Origin: Paramoeba atlantica
Lineage: Eukaryota > Protista > Discosea
NCBI GenBank assembly: GCA_977017575.1
Contig: CDRNVI010000168.1
Span: forward strand, 62,001-126,000
Direction: 5' to 3'
Length of the DNA: 64,000 bases
Shown: positions 11,188 to 21,785 of the stretch, in pieces
Layout of the letters: each line of letters opens with the position of its first letter
Numbering within the stretch: the stretch's first letter is position 1
Notes under the pieces: generated by a model
Told to the model about the DNA's origin: nothing
Seen by the model: the letters and a program-made list of their open reading frames with translations, nothing else
Databases searched by the model: none
Made by a program: the position numbers and the translations under genes

Positions 11188-11715
11188 ATGGAAAAGGAAC
11201 AAGAGGATGAGAAGGAAAAGAAAAACCAGGGGAGCAAAAAATCACAAAAAGGAAAGAAAGGAGAGAAAAAGAAATATTTAGTTGTTGGATGTGGCTATAC
11301 AACCCGATTTTTGAAGGAACATGAGATCGTAACAAACCAGAAACTCGTCTTTCTGAGTGATTATGGGATTGGGGATGTTATTTTTCGAAGACCTTTGGAT
11401 TTTTTACAAATTGAAGAAGTGATGGATCAATTTTCTGTTTCTCGATGTGGAACAATTTGTTTTGAATTGACTGAAGATAATTCGATTCTTGGGATCCTCG
11501 ACAGTTTGGTGGCGTATCACCATTGTGGGTTCTTTTTTTATAAGGAGGTCTATGGGTCCAAAAGTTATGACAAACATCGATTGATTCAAGAGGAAGATTT
11601 TTATCATTTTCAAGAAGTGAAAGACCAGATTTATTATGGGACACTTTATCAATGTGAAGTATTGAACGGAGTTGTTGATGTTATTTCTCTTCGTTTTGAT
11701 ACTGAGAGTGGTTAA
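11188..11715 (+). CDS. Hypothetical intronless protein ending LRFDTESG
   Basis: 175-aa ORF with complex composition after a Lys/Glu-rich start. Lies head-to-head with the P4H gene. Confidence 0.7.
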   Translation: MEKEQEDEKEKKNQGSKKSQKGKKGEKKKYLVVGCGYTTRFLKEHEIVTNQKLVFLSDYGIGDVIFRRPLDFLQIEEVMDQFSVSRCGTICFELTEDNSILGILDSLVAYHHCGFFFYKEVYGSKSYDKHRLIQEEDFYHFQEVKDQIYYGTLYQCEVLNGVVDVISLRFDTESG

Positions 11716-12117
11716 GATGGTTGGGAAAGGGGGAGGTTTCCCTTCACAAACTACAAGAGAAAAAAATGTGATGTGTTTTATTCTTCACTTTAGATTTTTC
11801 TTTGGATTTGTGAGTTGTTGAAGGAAAAACTCAATCTTTGGGAACGAGCCGTGGTTGGGGGAGGAAAAAGAGAAAAGGTTTTTGTCCCCCTTTGTGGAGA
11901 TTGTTTGTTATTTCTTGATCTCCAAAATAAAACACATCATTATTGGAAGGTTCGAATGAATTTTTTTACTGTGAAATTCACCCAAATTCTTTTTGGTTTT
12001 CGTTTTGGAGGAGTTTCGGAGAAAGCGCTTCTCTTTTCCATTCGCTCGTTTGCATCAAAAAAACAAATCGAGAAGACCAACTTTCTTTTTTCATCTTTGA
12101 GTCTTCGAGAAAGAAGG

Positions 12118-12821
12118 ATGGGGAGCTCTTCATCAAAGAAGAAGCAACCGCGAAACAGACCCCAAGACCTGAAGTTGATGGTTGTTGGTGATCGTGCGGT
12201 TGGAAAGACTTCCCTCCTCTTTACTTCCATAACAAATGACTTTCCAGAGGAACACATCCCAACTGTTTTTGATAACTATTCCACAAATTGTTTCTACCAA
12301 AACACACAATTTGAAATTGGTCTTTGGGGTTCATTTTCTTTTTCTTCCAATCATTCTTGTTATTTTTCTCTTTCTCTTATTCTAACGTTGATTCCACAGA
12401 CACAGCTGGAGACGAAGTCTATGACCGCCTTCGTCCTCTTTCATACCCAGGAACAGATATATTTTTTTTGTGTTATTCAGTTGAAGATTCATGTTCTCTT
12501 GAAAACATCAAAGCAAAATGGCTCCCAGAGATTCACCAACACTGTCCCCCCAATACACCATTTATTGTTGTTGGGTTGAAGACTGATCTTCGTGATGATG
12601 AAGAGACGATTGAACAATTAAAACAAACAAAAAGGAACATGGTATCTCAAGAAGAAGGTCTGAGATTTGCATTGGAAGTTGGAGCAAGTCAATACATGGA
12701 GTGTTCTTCCAAAACATTTGAAGGGTTGAAAGAGGTTTTTGAGATGGTCAACCATGTTATGTTTGATGAACAACCTCCATTACTCACCCCAACTTACAAT
12801 GTCAAAGGAGCAAAAAGATGA
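12118..12821 (+). CDS. Rho/Rac-family GTPase 1 (intron 12329-12399)
   Basis: Starts MGSSSSKKK and contains [18 protein letters not shown]|[25 protein letters not shown] and the Rho insert. Ends YNVKGAKR*. Confidence 0.95.
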
Positions 12822-13498
12822 GCAAAAAAACAAACCAACCTTGTGGGAGATAATTGGTGTTCCAATTGTTCTTGGTTGTTTATTGTTGGTCGGTTTGTTG
12901 TTGGGTGTGTTGGTGTGTGGATGTTTGTCTGAATGATTGAGATTTTGGTTTTTGACATTTTCTTTCCAAAGAAGATCTCGTATGGCATGAGAAAAGCCAT
13001 TCGCTCAACAGACGTCGACACAGATTTGTTTTTCTCTTCAACCTCAGAACCGCTCACTGCAGAGATTCACACAGCAGGATTAATTTTCCTTCTCGTCCTG
13101 TCTTGATGGTCGATCAAAAGCTCCACCTTCTTTCCAAAAATTAAACCATGCCCACCAGCGGTCCTTGTACCCCTTAATATTTCTGCTGCCTGATCACTCA
13201 CTCATTTTTCTCTTCTTAAAACCTTCCCCTTCCCCTCTTTCCCTTTGCCAAATAATAAAATTCCACAACAAATTTTTTGGTTGCGAGGGGGTTTTTTTTA
13301 TTTTTAATTTGGAAGAGTTTGGGTTGTTTTGAAATAACAAAAAGACTCCAATCCCGAGAGTTTTCCATTCAAAATTATTTCTCGTTGAACTTTCTTATGA
13401 TTTTTTGGAGAAGAAAGAATAGAGGAAGAAAGAAAAGAAAAAAGAAAAGAAAAAAGAAAAATCCCAAGAGTTGAATTGAAAATATCCGAAAATTCAGG

Positions 13499-14385
13499 AT
13501 GACAAGAACCGATAATGGAACGGGTGAAATCGAATTGGATTCCTTCCTCCCAGACGAAAGTGAACTCCAGCGACAAGTCCAAGCCCTCGAACAAGAAAGA
13601 CAACAACAAGAGCAGCAACAACAACAACAACAACAACAATGGGCACTCAAAAGACAAATATTTGATTGGAAAACATATTTCCCAACACAACAAGAATTGA
13701 ATGAGAATCCTTCTGTGAAAATACTCTTTTCAGTGTTTCTCGTTCTTGTTTGGGGTTCTTTTAGTTGTTCTTTTTTTCTTCATGGAACGAACAGAGCGAC
13801 TGCATATTATGGTTCGTTTGCCCTTGTTGGGGTTCATGAAATTTTGACTCTTTTGAGGTTTTTCTTTTCTTTCTTTTCTTTCTTTTCTGCATTCTGAGGT
13901 CTTTTTCTCAAATCATTTTTTTCTTTTTTAGATTCCAAAAAGATAAGACCGAAAAAGGAATTCGCCTTCGAAGCTCCTATTTTTTAATGTTTCTATTATG
14001 TTGTGTTTACTTCTTCTTTGTTCTTTTTGATACTCTACTGAAACAATGTTCTGACCACTCCAATGATTGCCATTGTGGGAATCCTCTTACGCTTTTATTT
14101 TTAATCTTGCTTGACTTTTCAGTTGCAACTTTCAAGTTATCCCCTTTTTGGGCTCTTTCATCTCTTCCTTTGGTACTTGTTGCTCTCCTTGAAATCGTTT
14201 CTCTTTTTTTTGGAAGAAAAGTTTCTTTCAAGAATCCTCGGTGGGTATCATCCTTAACTGTGGGTGTACTTGGCATTCCCAGTGCGATTGGCAGTTTAAC
14301 GATGGCCGGTTTCTTCTTGGTTGGCATCTTGTTGCTCCTTTTTGATGTTTGTACTCCCGGTGGACACATGAATTATATTCAATAA
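13499..14385 (+). CDS. Hypothetical multi-pass membrane protein with poly-Q tract (2 exons)
   Basis: Two adjacent ORFs can be joined by a GT-AG intron near 13858-13932. Six or more hydrophobic segments; (CAA)n encodes poly-Gln. Confidence 0.65.
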
Positions 14386-14707
14386 TTCGATCAAATAATT
14401 TCTCAGAGAAAGTCAAAAAATGAAACTCAATTTGAGTTGGAATGCAACTCTCTCCCCTCACACCATCCTTCTTCAAAAGAACCTGAAAAACAAAGCAAAG
14501 AAGTTATTTCAGACTTGACAATTTATCAACCAATAACAAAAAAATGAAAAGAGTTGAGAATTGAACTTGACGCTCTGACACATAATTTTTCCTTTTTATT
14601 CTTTTTCCTTTTGGTTTCAGAGAAAGTGGGTTCACTTTTTTCCATTCGAATTCAAAACAAATACCTGACCAACAACTTCCTAATTTTGGTTTTTCATTTG
14701 AGAGAGG

Positions 14708-15413
14708 ATGGGGGGCTCTTCATCAAAGAAGAAGCAACCGCGAAACAGACCCCAAGACCTGAAGTTGACGGTTGTCGGTGATGGTGCGGTTGGAAAGACT
14801 TGCCTCCTTATTACTTACACATCCAATGCCTTTCCAGAGGAATACGTCCCAACTGTTTTTGATAACTTCTCCGCAAATTGTTTCTACCAAGACACACCAT
14901 TCCAACTTGGTCTTTGGGGTTCATTTTCTTTATCTTTCAATCTCTCTGTTTTTTTCCCCTCTCTTTCTCTTCAACTCTAACGTTCTTTCCACAGACACAG
15001 CTGGAGCAGATGAGTATGACTGCCTTCGTGCTCTTGTATACCCAGGAACAAACATCTTTTTTGTGTGTTATTCAGTTGAGGATTCATGTTCTCTTGAAAA
15101 CATCAAAACGAAATGGATCCCAGAGATTCACCACTGCTGCCCTGATACACCATTTATTGTTGTTGGGTTGAAGACTGATCTTCGTGATGATGAAGAGACG
15201 ATTGAACGATTAAAACAAACAAAAAGGAACATGGTATCTCAAGAAGAAGGTCTGGGATTTGCGTCGGAAGTTGGAGCAAGTCAATACATGGAGTGTTCTT
15301 CCAAAACATTTGAAGGGTTGAAAGAGGTTTTTGAGATGGTCAACCATGTTATGTTTGATGAACAACCTCCATTACTCACCCCAACTTACAATGTCAAAGG
15401 AGCAAAAAGGTAA
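14708..15413 (+). CDS. Rho/Rac-family GTPase 2 (one intron)
   Basis: Starts MGGSSSKKK and contains [17 protein letters not shown] and W|DTAGADEYD. Ends YNVKGAKR*. Confidence 0.95.
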
Positions 15414-15507
15414 CAAAAAATAAAAAGAAAAAACAAATACAATTTTTTGAGGTCTTTTTTTGGGAGGACTTTTTCGTCTTGGAAGAGAGAGAGAGAGAGA
15501 GAGAAGG

Positions 15508-16211
15508 ATGGGGGGCTCTCCATCAAAGAAGAGACGGCTAAAGAGACCTCGGAACCTGAAGTTGGTGGTTGTTGGTGATCGTGCGGTTGGAAAGACTTCC
15601 CTCCTCTTTACTTACACAACAAATGCCTTTCCTGAGGCAGACATTCTGACTGTTTTTCAAAACTACCCTGCAAATTGTTTCTACCAAGGTGCACCATTTG
15701 AAATTGGTCTTTGGGGTTCGTTTTCTTTTTCTTCCAATCTCTCTATTTTTTTTTTCTCTCTTTCTCTTATTCTAACATTCTTTCCACAGACACAGCTGGA
15801 GACGAAGTCTATGACCACCTTCGTCCTCTTGCATACCCAAGAACAGACATCTTTTTTGTGTGTTATTCAGTTGAGGATTCATGTTCTCTTGAAAACATCA
15901 AAACGAAATGGATCCCAGAGATTCACCAACACTGTCCCGATACACCATTTATTGTTGTTGGGTTGAAGACTGATCTTCGTGATGATGAAGAGACGATTGA
16001 ACGATTACGACAAACAAAAGGGCACATGGTATCTCAAGAAGAAGGTCTGAAACTTGCATTGGAAGTTGGAGCAAGTCAATTCATGGAGTGTTCCTCCAAA
16101 ACATTCGAAGGGTTGAAAGAGGTTTTTGAGAGGATTGGTCTTGTCATGTTTGATGAACAACCTCCACCAATCATCGCTCCGACTTACAATGTCAAAGGAG
16201 CAAAAAGGTAA
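15508..16211 (+). CDS. Rho/Rac-family GTPase 3 (one intron)
   Basis: Starts [10 protein letters not shown] and contains [18 protein letters not shown] and W|DTAGDEVYD. Ends YNVKGAKR*. Confidence 0.95.
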
Positions 16212-16552
16212 CAAAAAAAAAACAAATCTTGTGGTGAAAACAAAACTTTCAATTCTCCAAGGAGGAAAGGCTTGAAAAAACCTCAGAGAAAACAAACTTT
16301 TGGAAACAAGAAGAATCAAAAACAAAAAATTCTTCTGAGCCAAGTAAGAAACAACCACAAAATGACTTTTGACGTTTTGAGGACGTCTTTCTCAGACATC
16401 CAGAGAATGTCCGAACAAAAAGTTTTGCATTCTTTTTTTGTCTTTCTTTCTCTCCTTTCTTTCTCTCCCTCTCCCTCTTCTTTCTTTCTTTCTTTCGGCT
16501 CTCTCTGGCTTTCTCGGTTGCTCTGTGAATTGAGCAATGATTCGTTTTTTCA

Positions 16553-17569
16553 ATGCGTGACGAAGTAATTTTAATCTTTTTGGTTTTCATCTGTTTGAGA
16601 TTGGGTGTGGAGATTGAAGATGTCTCAACAAGAGACTTCTGTTGGCGACGGCCGAGCGAAGTTTCGATCAAAAGGGATGAGTTCTTCGTCATTCATGTTG
16701 GAAAGACTGGGGGAACTTCTGTTGTTGCTTCTGTATCAAAAGCTTTTCACTTAGGAAAGGATTTTCATCTATGTGAACCAACAATGAATGAGATCGGTGA
16801 TCGCCCTGTTTTAATGACAATCCGAGAACCAATTGCACGCGTTCAATCGATTTGGAGATGGAGAAAGTATCAAACGACAGTCTTAGATCATACTGCGTTT
16901 GGTAAAAGTGAGAAAACTCTTTTTCGTTGCTTCCCCTATTTAAATGACTTTTTGGAAGCCAGAGGAAAGTTTGGAAATTTTACCAACACCTCGATATCGA
17001 ACTCTATTTGTCGCCAATTCGCAGAACATTCTTTCGCAGCAACTCCTCATTGGCAATGGGATCATCAGCGATATCTTCGCAACTTTACAGACGATTTTAT
17101 CCAGTCCTATCTCTTTCCTCTTCGACAAACGAATCTTTTGGAAGATTTCTTGGCCTTTTGCAAGTACTTCTCTTTAGATAAACGAAAGTGTTTCGAAGGA
17201 ATGGAGGGTCTCGTGTTTGAGCACCAGAATGAAGAATACCCCACCAAACCCAATGACTTTTATCTTTCAGACGAAGCGAGGGAGTTCCTGGCCTTCGAGC
17301 TACAAGACGATATCAGCACATATAATTATCTTGTGGACATCTTGCATGCCAAAGTTCGGACCATGAAAAATGCATGGCAACCAATGAATTTCACAAGACC
17401 TCTTCCAAATGCGACTCCGATATGGCCTGTGAGACCGATGATTAGCGGACCAAAAAGGCCCCCCCCAAAAAAACCTCCTCTCTCTCCCTCTTTTTCTGTT
17501 CATAACGGAATAGCTCCAAGAAAGTTCGTTTCTCCCTTCAAAAGTAAAAAAGTATTGCACCATCAGTAA
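16553..17569 (+). CDS. Sulfotransferase (Sulfotransfer_2-like, type II membrane)
   Basis: N-terminal hydrophobic anchor, 5'-PSB motif IHVGKTGGTSV, 3'-PB motif TIREPIARVQS and a Pro-rich C-tail. Confidence 0.8.
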   Translation: MRDEVILIFLVFICLRLGVEIEDVSTRDFCWRRPSEVSIKRDEFFVIHVGKTGGTSVVASVSKAFHLGKDFHLCEPTMNEIGDRPVLMTIREPIARVQSIWRWRKYQTTVLDHTAFGKSEKTLFRCFPYLNDFLEARGKFGNFTNTSISNSICRQFAEHSFAATPHWQWDHQRYLRNFTDDFIQSYLFPLRQTNLLEDFLAFCKYFSLDKRKCFEGMEGLVFEHQNEEYPTKPNDFYLSDEAREFLAFELQDDISTYNYLVDILHAKVRTMKNAWQPMNFTRPLPNATPIWPVRPMISGPKRPPPKKPPLSPSFSVHNGIAPRKFVSPFKSKKVLHHQ

Positions 17570-17607
17570 AAAAAAAGGTTCAAAAATAATATTCCAAAAT
17601 GATTTTT

Positions 17608-19780
17608 TTACAATTTATCTAGAAATCGACTGAGAGGAGGAATCTCCAATGAAAGACCTTTCCTTTTCCTTATCTCTCTCACAACTCCCCCTGCAAGAGA
17701 AAGAGGATCGAGAGGATCCCCTTCAACCATTCTCCATTGATCAAAAAAACAGATTGGTTGGACTTCACCTTGTGTCATTTTCGCAATTTGTTGGTAAAAT
17801 CCAATTGAACATCGAATCGGAAGATGGAGTCTAAGAGTTCTCTCTGGGATTGCTTGGGTGAATTGGGAGGAGGAAAGAATAATAATTTCTCTCTTTTTGA
17901 ATTCTTTGGAAATGAGATCGAAATGAGATTCAGAACAAGTTAATTCAACAAGATAAATAGGTTCAACAAGGCGAGGACCAGCAGTTAATTGAGAAGCAAA
18001 TAATACCCGCCGTGTAGCAGGGATAATTTGCCCTCCTCCTCGATGAATTGCATCACTCATACCAGCCACATCAACAATATTGTATCGAATACCACGAATT
18101 GGTTCTTCACAAAGAACTCCCTCAGTCGCGCACCATTGAAATGCAGTAATCATCGAATCCTTTCTTTCATTTAAGTATTGGACACATTTTGTTGTGTCAA
18201 TAAGAAAGGAATTGGCAACAGGTCCATTGAAAGCCCAGATTCTTCTCGCTTCTCGTTTTTCCCAATTGTAAGTGTTAACAAGAAGATCGCATGTTTGAGG
18301 TTTAGTTACCTGACCACTACCTTGCACATCTCCCAATTCATTGACTAAATTCTCATCGAGTGGTTCAGCTCGTGCAAAGATTCGATTACGTTTATTCGCT
18401 GACTTAGACATGCACGTTTGCTCAGATAATCGAGAAACAGTTTCGTAATACGAGGGGAAGGGGTCGGTTTTTCGAAGTGGAACTGCTGTCGATCTTTGTA
18501 ACTCAGAGATGGCAGTTCTCAATTGAATTTCGTCAGATCCTCCAATGATAAATTCCCCAGCCTCAGTAACTCGACAGGAAATCCCGCTATCACTTTTGGG
18601 TAACTGGGTCATTCCTGAGAGAAGGAGAGGAACTTGTTCTGGATTCACGAGATCAATAGCAATTCGAAGAACAGGAAGATCATTCTTGATTGGCTTTACT
18701 CGAATAGGAGAAGCTTTCTCTTCTGAAGTTAGAGTTAGAGTGGTCCCAGGTCTCCCCATCCAAGAATGAATTCCGGTAATTGCGATCACATTCCCACAAC
18801 AACACGAGCTGATTCTCTCCTTCACACACCCTGTCGTTACAAGAAGATTTCCCACATTCTTATTTTGTGTTCCTTTGATAAAATTAACCTGTTGGCCCGA
18901 GACGAGAGTCCCAGAAAAAACTCGGCCAAAAACATAAGATTGACTTGAGTAACCATCTTGAATGTTGTGAGAGAGGTAAACGACCAGAGGACCATTTGGA
19001 TCACAATTACGAATTCCTTTCGCGACATCATTTGTCTCTTTGCCTCCATACAAAGTCTTAATCCGATTTTGTTGTGCAAGAAGAGGTGATGGAGAGTGGG
19101 AAGCGATCATTGGAAAAAGAGCACCTGAGAGGGGGAGAAATTTTTGGAGAACAACTTGGAGGAGCTTTCGTCCAGTTAAATTCTTTTCCTCTGTTGTCAA
19201 TTCAATCCCTAATTTCGCAAATTGTTTCTCATACACATCTTTCTTTTTTAATGTGGCTATATTGTAAAAGAGTTTGCGCAATGGTAAAAAGATAAATTGA
19301 CACCACCCCCTATTCAATCTCTTTCCACGCTCATTCAACTCTTTTTTGGTCCATTTTTTTGTTTCAGGATTGTAATAGTTTTCACCCCACAGTTTAGAAA
19401 GAAGCTTCTCTTTTCGGACTCCAAATTTCTTTGAATAAATTTCAGCAAATTTCGAAAGAGTAAACCCAAAACCGTACGACCCTGAACCAAACACAACATT
19501 CCCCTGAACTGGATCCACAATATCTTCTTTCCTTCCTCTTGTGAGATCTCCTTCCCCAACTTGAGGAGAAAACTTCTCAATCAAACAATTCAAATGGTCG
19601 ATTAATAACTTGTAACATTGATAACAATCCTCTGGCTCCATTTCAAACTCTCCAAGCACTCGTTCCATCTTGTTAATCATCAATAATGTTGGGAGAGAAG
19701 AAGGGGTGGACTCAGGAGAGTGGCAGGACGAAAGTGAGGAAGAGGAAGAAGAAGAGGAAGAGGAAGAGGAAGAAGAAGAG

Positions 19781-19811
<31 letters not shown>

Positions 19812-20603
19812 GAGAGGGAGAGGGAGAGGGAGAGGAAGAAGAGGAAGAAGAGGAAGAAGAGGAAGAGGAAGAAGAAGAGGAAGAGGAAGAAGAGGAAGAG
19901 AAGGAGGAGGAAGAAGGAGAGAGAGAAATTTGGAGAAATCTCTCAATCCAAAGTGGAACATCTCTTATCCCATCAAGAAGTAAAAGAGAACTATCAAAGA
20001 GAGGGAGAGATGTTTCTATAGTTTGATGGGGTTGAATGTGAATGAAGTTGAAGAGGTAATTATTGTTGGACCTCTAAACCCAAAAATAAAAAAATGAGAA
20101 AGAACCAAAAAGAAATGAACACAAAAGAAAAGAACCTCAGGAGTTTGAATTGGAAGAGGAGGCGGAGATGGAGATGGAGATGGAGATGGAGATGGAGATG
20201 GAGATGGAGATGGAGATTGTGAGGCAAAGAGAGAGGGAGAATTGGAAGAGAGGGAAGAGGATTGAACATTCGCATAAAACAAATAATTTCGAGGAACAAG
20301 TGGACTCCCCTCCCAATTCTCTTTTTCTTTTCTTTCCATCTCCTCACCCCCTTCCTTCTCCTCTTCTAATGCCTCACCTTTCGCGATCATTTGCTGCTGG
20401 GAAGACAAAAGGTCAAGAAGGGAATCAGAACCATCTCCAACAATACAAAGATGCCGAATATTCTCTCGATTCTCCATCGCTCCTCTGATCTCTGAGAAAG
20501 AAAAAAGATCAGGGGAGGAAATTCAATGAATTTCCAACCCAAAACAGAATAAACCTGCATTTGCAATTGAGGGGGGAAGAAACACATCTTCTTCTGAATC
20601 CAT
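17608..20603 (-). CDS. Divergent eEF2 paralog with degenerate GTPase motifs (exons 20603-20555, 20491-20136, 20073-17608; about 956 aa)
   Basis: Domains II-V are clearly eEF2: CMSKSANKRNR, VQYLNERKDS, SDAIHRGGGQIIP, LEIPPLSRFLDKL*. The N-terminus EIRGAMENRENIR aligns with eEF2 QIRAIMDKKANIR. G1, G3 and G4 are altered, and there are two Ser/Pro inserts. Confidence 0.9.
19730..19925. repeat. GA-rich microsatellite (GAR)n/(GAGGGA)n encoding a Ser/Pro insert of the eEF2 paralog
   Basis: Direct inspection. No splice donor on the minus strand to remove it, and the frame stays open. Confidence 0.8.
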
Positions 20604-20711
20604 CGGTTTGTCCAAAAACCAAAACTCTTCTTTCTCTTCTCCAAAGCCAAAAAGGTAAAAGGGACGCCATTCAGGGACACCCTTTCTCTTTTGGTGTGAG
20701 TTGGTTAAATC

Positions 20712-21573
20712 ATGGATCTGATGGACGAGACTTTCGGTCTCAAACCAGAGGAACAAGAAAACTTTAAAGTGGAGGAGAGAGAAACTGGAAATCTCAAAGT
20801 CAGATGGAAGGGTTGGAACAATCTTTATTTCTCTCCCGTTTTCTCCACAGAAAAGGTCTCTCACTTCAAAAAACTTTTGGTTTTCACTCTTTTTCCTCAC
20901 AAGTTTTGGTGTTTATAGAGAGGTGGTGGTGAATTTTTCTCCTTTACACTCAGTGGAAATCCTCGAGTTGTGATTGGTTCGGATTTGTTCTCTCCATGAC
21001 AATGTTCTTCATGTTCATATTTTCTTCCTTTTTAATCACACACAAACAAAAAGGGGCAACTCCAGCTCATCATCTCTTGGATTACGAATGCCTTATGAGT
21101 CATACAACTGTGGCAGTCAGAGCTGAGTCCCTTTTTGGGGCTCGAAGGGATATTCCTTTCTTTAATACAAAAGATAAGACCCGAATCCAGATTTATGTCG
21201 ATTTTTTGGCACAGTTTTCCTCTTCTCTTTCTTTTTTGATTCTGAATCCAAAAAAAAAAAACAAGATTTGATGATGATTTGAAATAGGGAAATTCAATTT
21301 ACTGTTGAGGAAGAAAAGATTGCTGCACTTTCTTATCAAAGTTTTTCTCCTTGTTCATTTTTCAAACTTTTGGATTTTCCTCTGAATTTTTTCCCCAAAA
21401 GCACTTAATTGGAATGAAGGATTTAAAGTTGGCATTTGTGGCCACAGAGGTTCAGTTATTGAAGTGGTTCTTTTTCTTTTTGAGTTGATTTGAATTCTCC
21501 CAAATTCATTTTCTTTTTTTTTTTTTCTTCATAGGAACAACAAAGGATCAATCTTAAACCAGCGAAAAGGTGA
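20712..21573 (+). CDS. Hypothetical about 172-aa beta-rich (SPRY/ConA-like?) protein, 6 exons, ending INLKPAKR*
   Basis: All five GT-AG introns phase consistently: ...VRWKGWNNLYFSPVFSTEK|RGGGEFFSFTLSGNPRVVI|GATPAHH...VDFLA|QEIQFTVEEEKIAALSYQ|TLNWNEGFKVGICGHRGSVIEV|EQQRINLKPAKR*. The fold assignment is a guess. Confidence 0.75.
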
Positions 21574-21785
21574 GAAGAGAAAGATATCAAACTGAAAAGA
21601 TGGAAACGAAACTGAGAAAAGAGGAAACTCACACCATCAAGACATGACATAATTTTCCCTTTTTTCCAATTCATTATTTAAAAAGGACATTTTTTGTTGT
21701 TGTTTTTTTTTTCTTCATTTGTGTCTCCTCAATATACAACAAAGATCAAAGATTCGAATTTTTGATCTTTTTGAGATGCCCTTTT

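Noticed and set aside
8500-11240. Many 60-300 aa ORFs rich in F/L/S or K/R/E on both strands (also at 22000-24200, 25800-26700, 43400-44400, 61800-62400)
   Set aside because: They are translations of CT/GA microsatellite introns and flanks, and are explained by the spliced gene models.
12798-12821. Reading the AKR* tail as a peroxisomal PTS1 or CAAX
   Set aside because: PTS1 needs a terminal L/M and CAAX needs Cys; neither is present.
17608-20603. Calling the eEF2-like gene Snu114 or EFL1/Ria1
   Set aside because: Diagnostic segments (CMSKSANKRNR, KCVQYLNERKDS, DAIHRGGGQ, FLDKL*) follow eEF2 rather than Snu114 or EFL1, although Snu114 also has HRGGGQ.
20523-20900. 125-aa minus-strand ORF as an independent gene
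   Set aside because: Its only supported part (MDSEEDVFLPPSIANA) splices in frame as exon 1 of the eEF2 paralog; the rest overlaps a better plus-strand gene.
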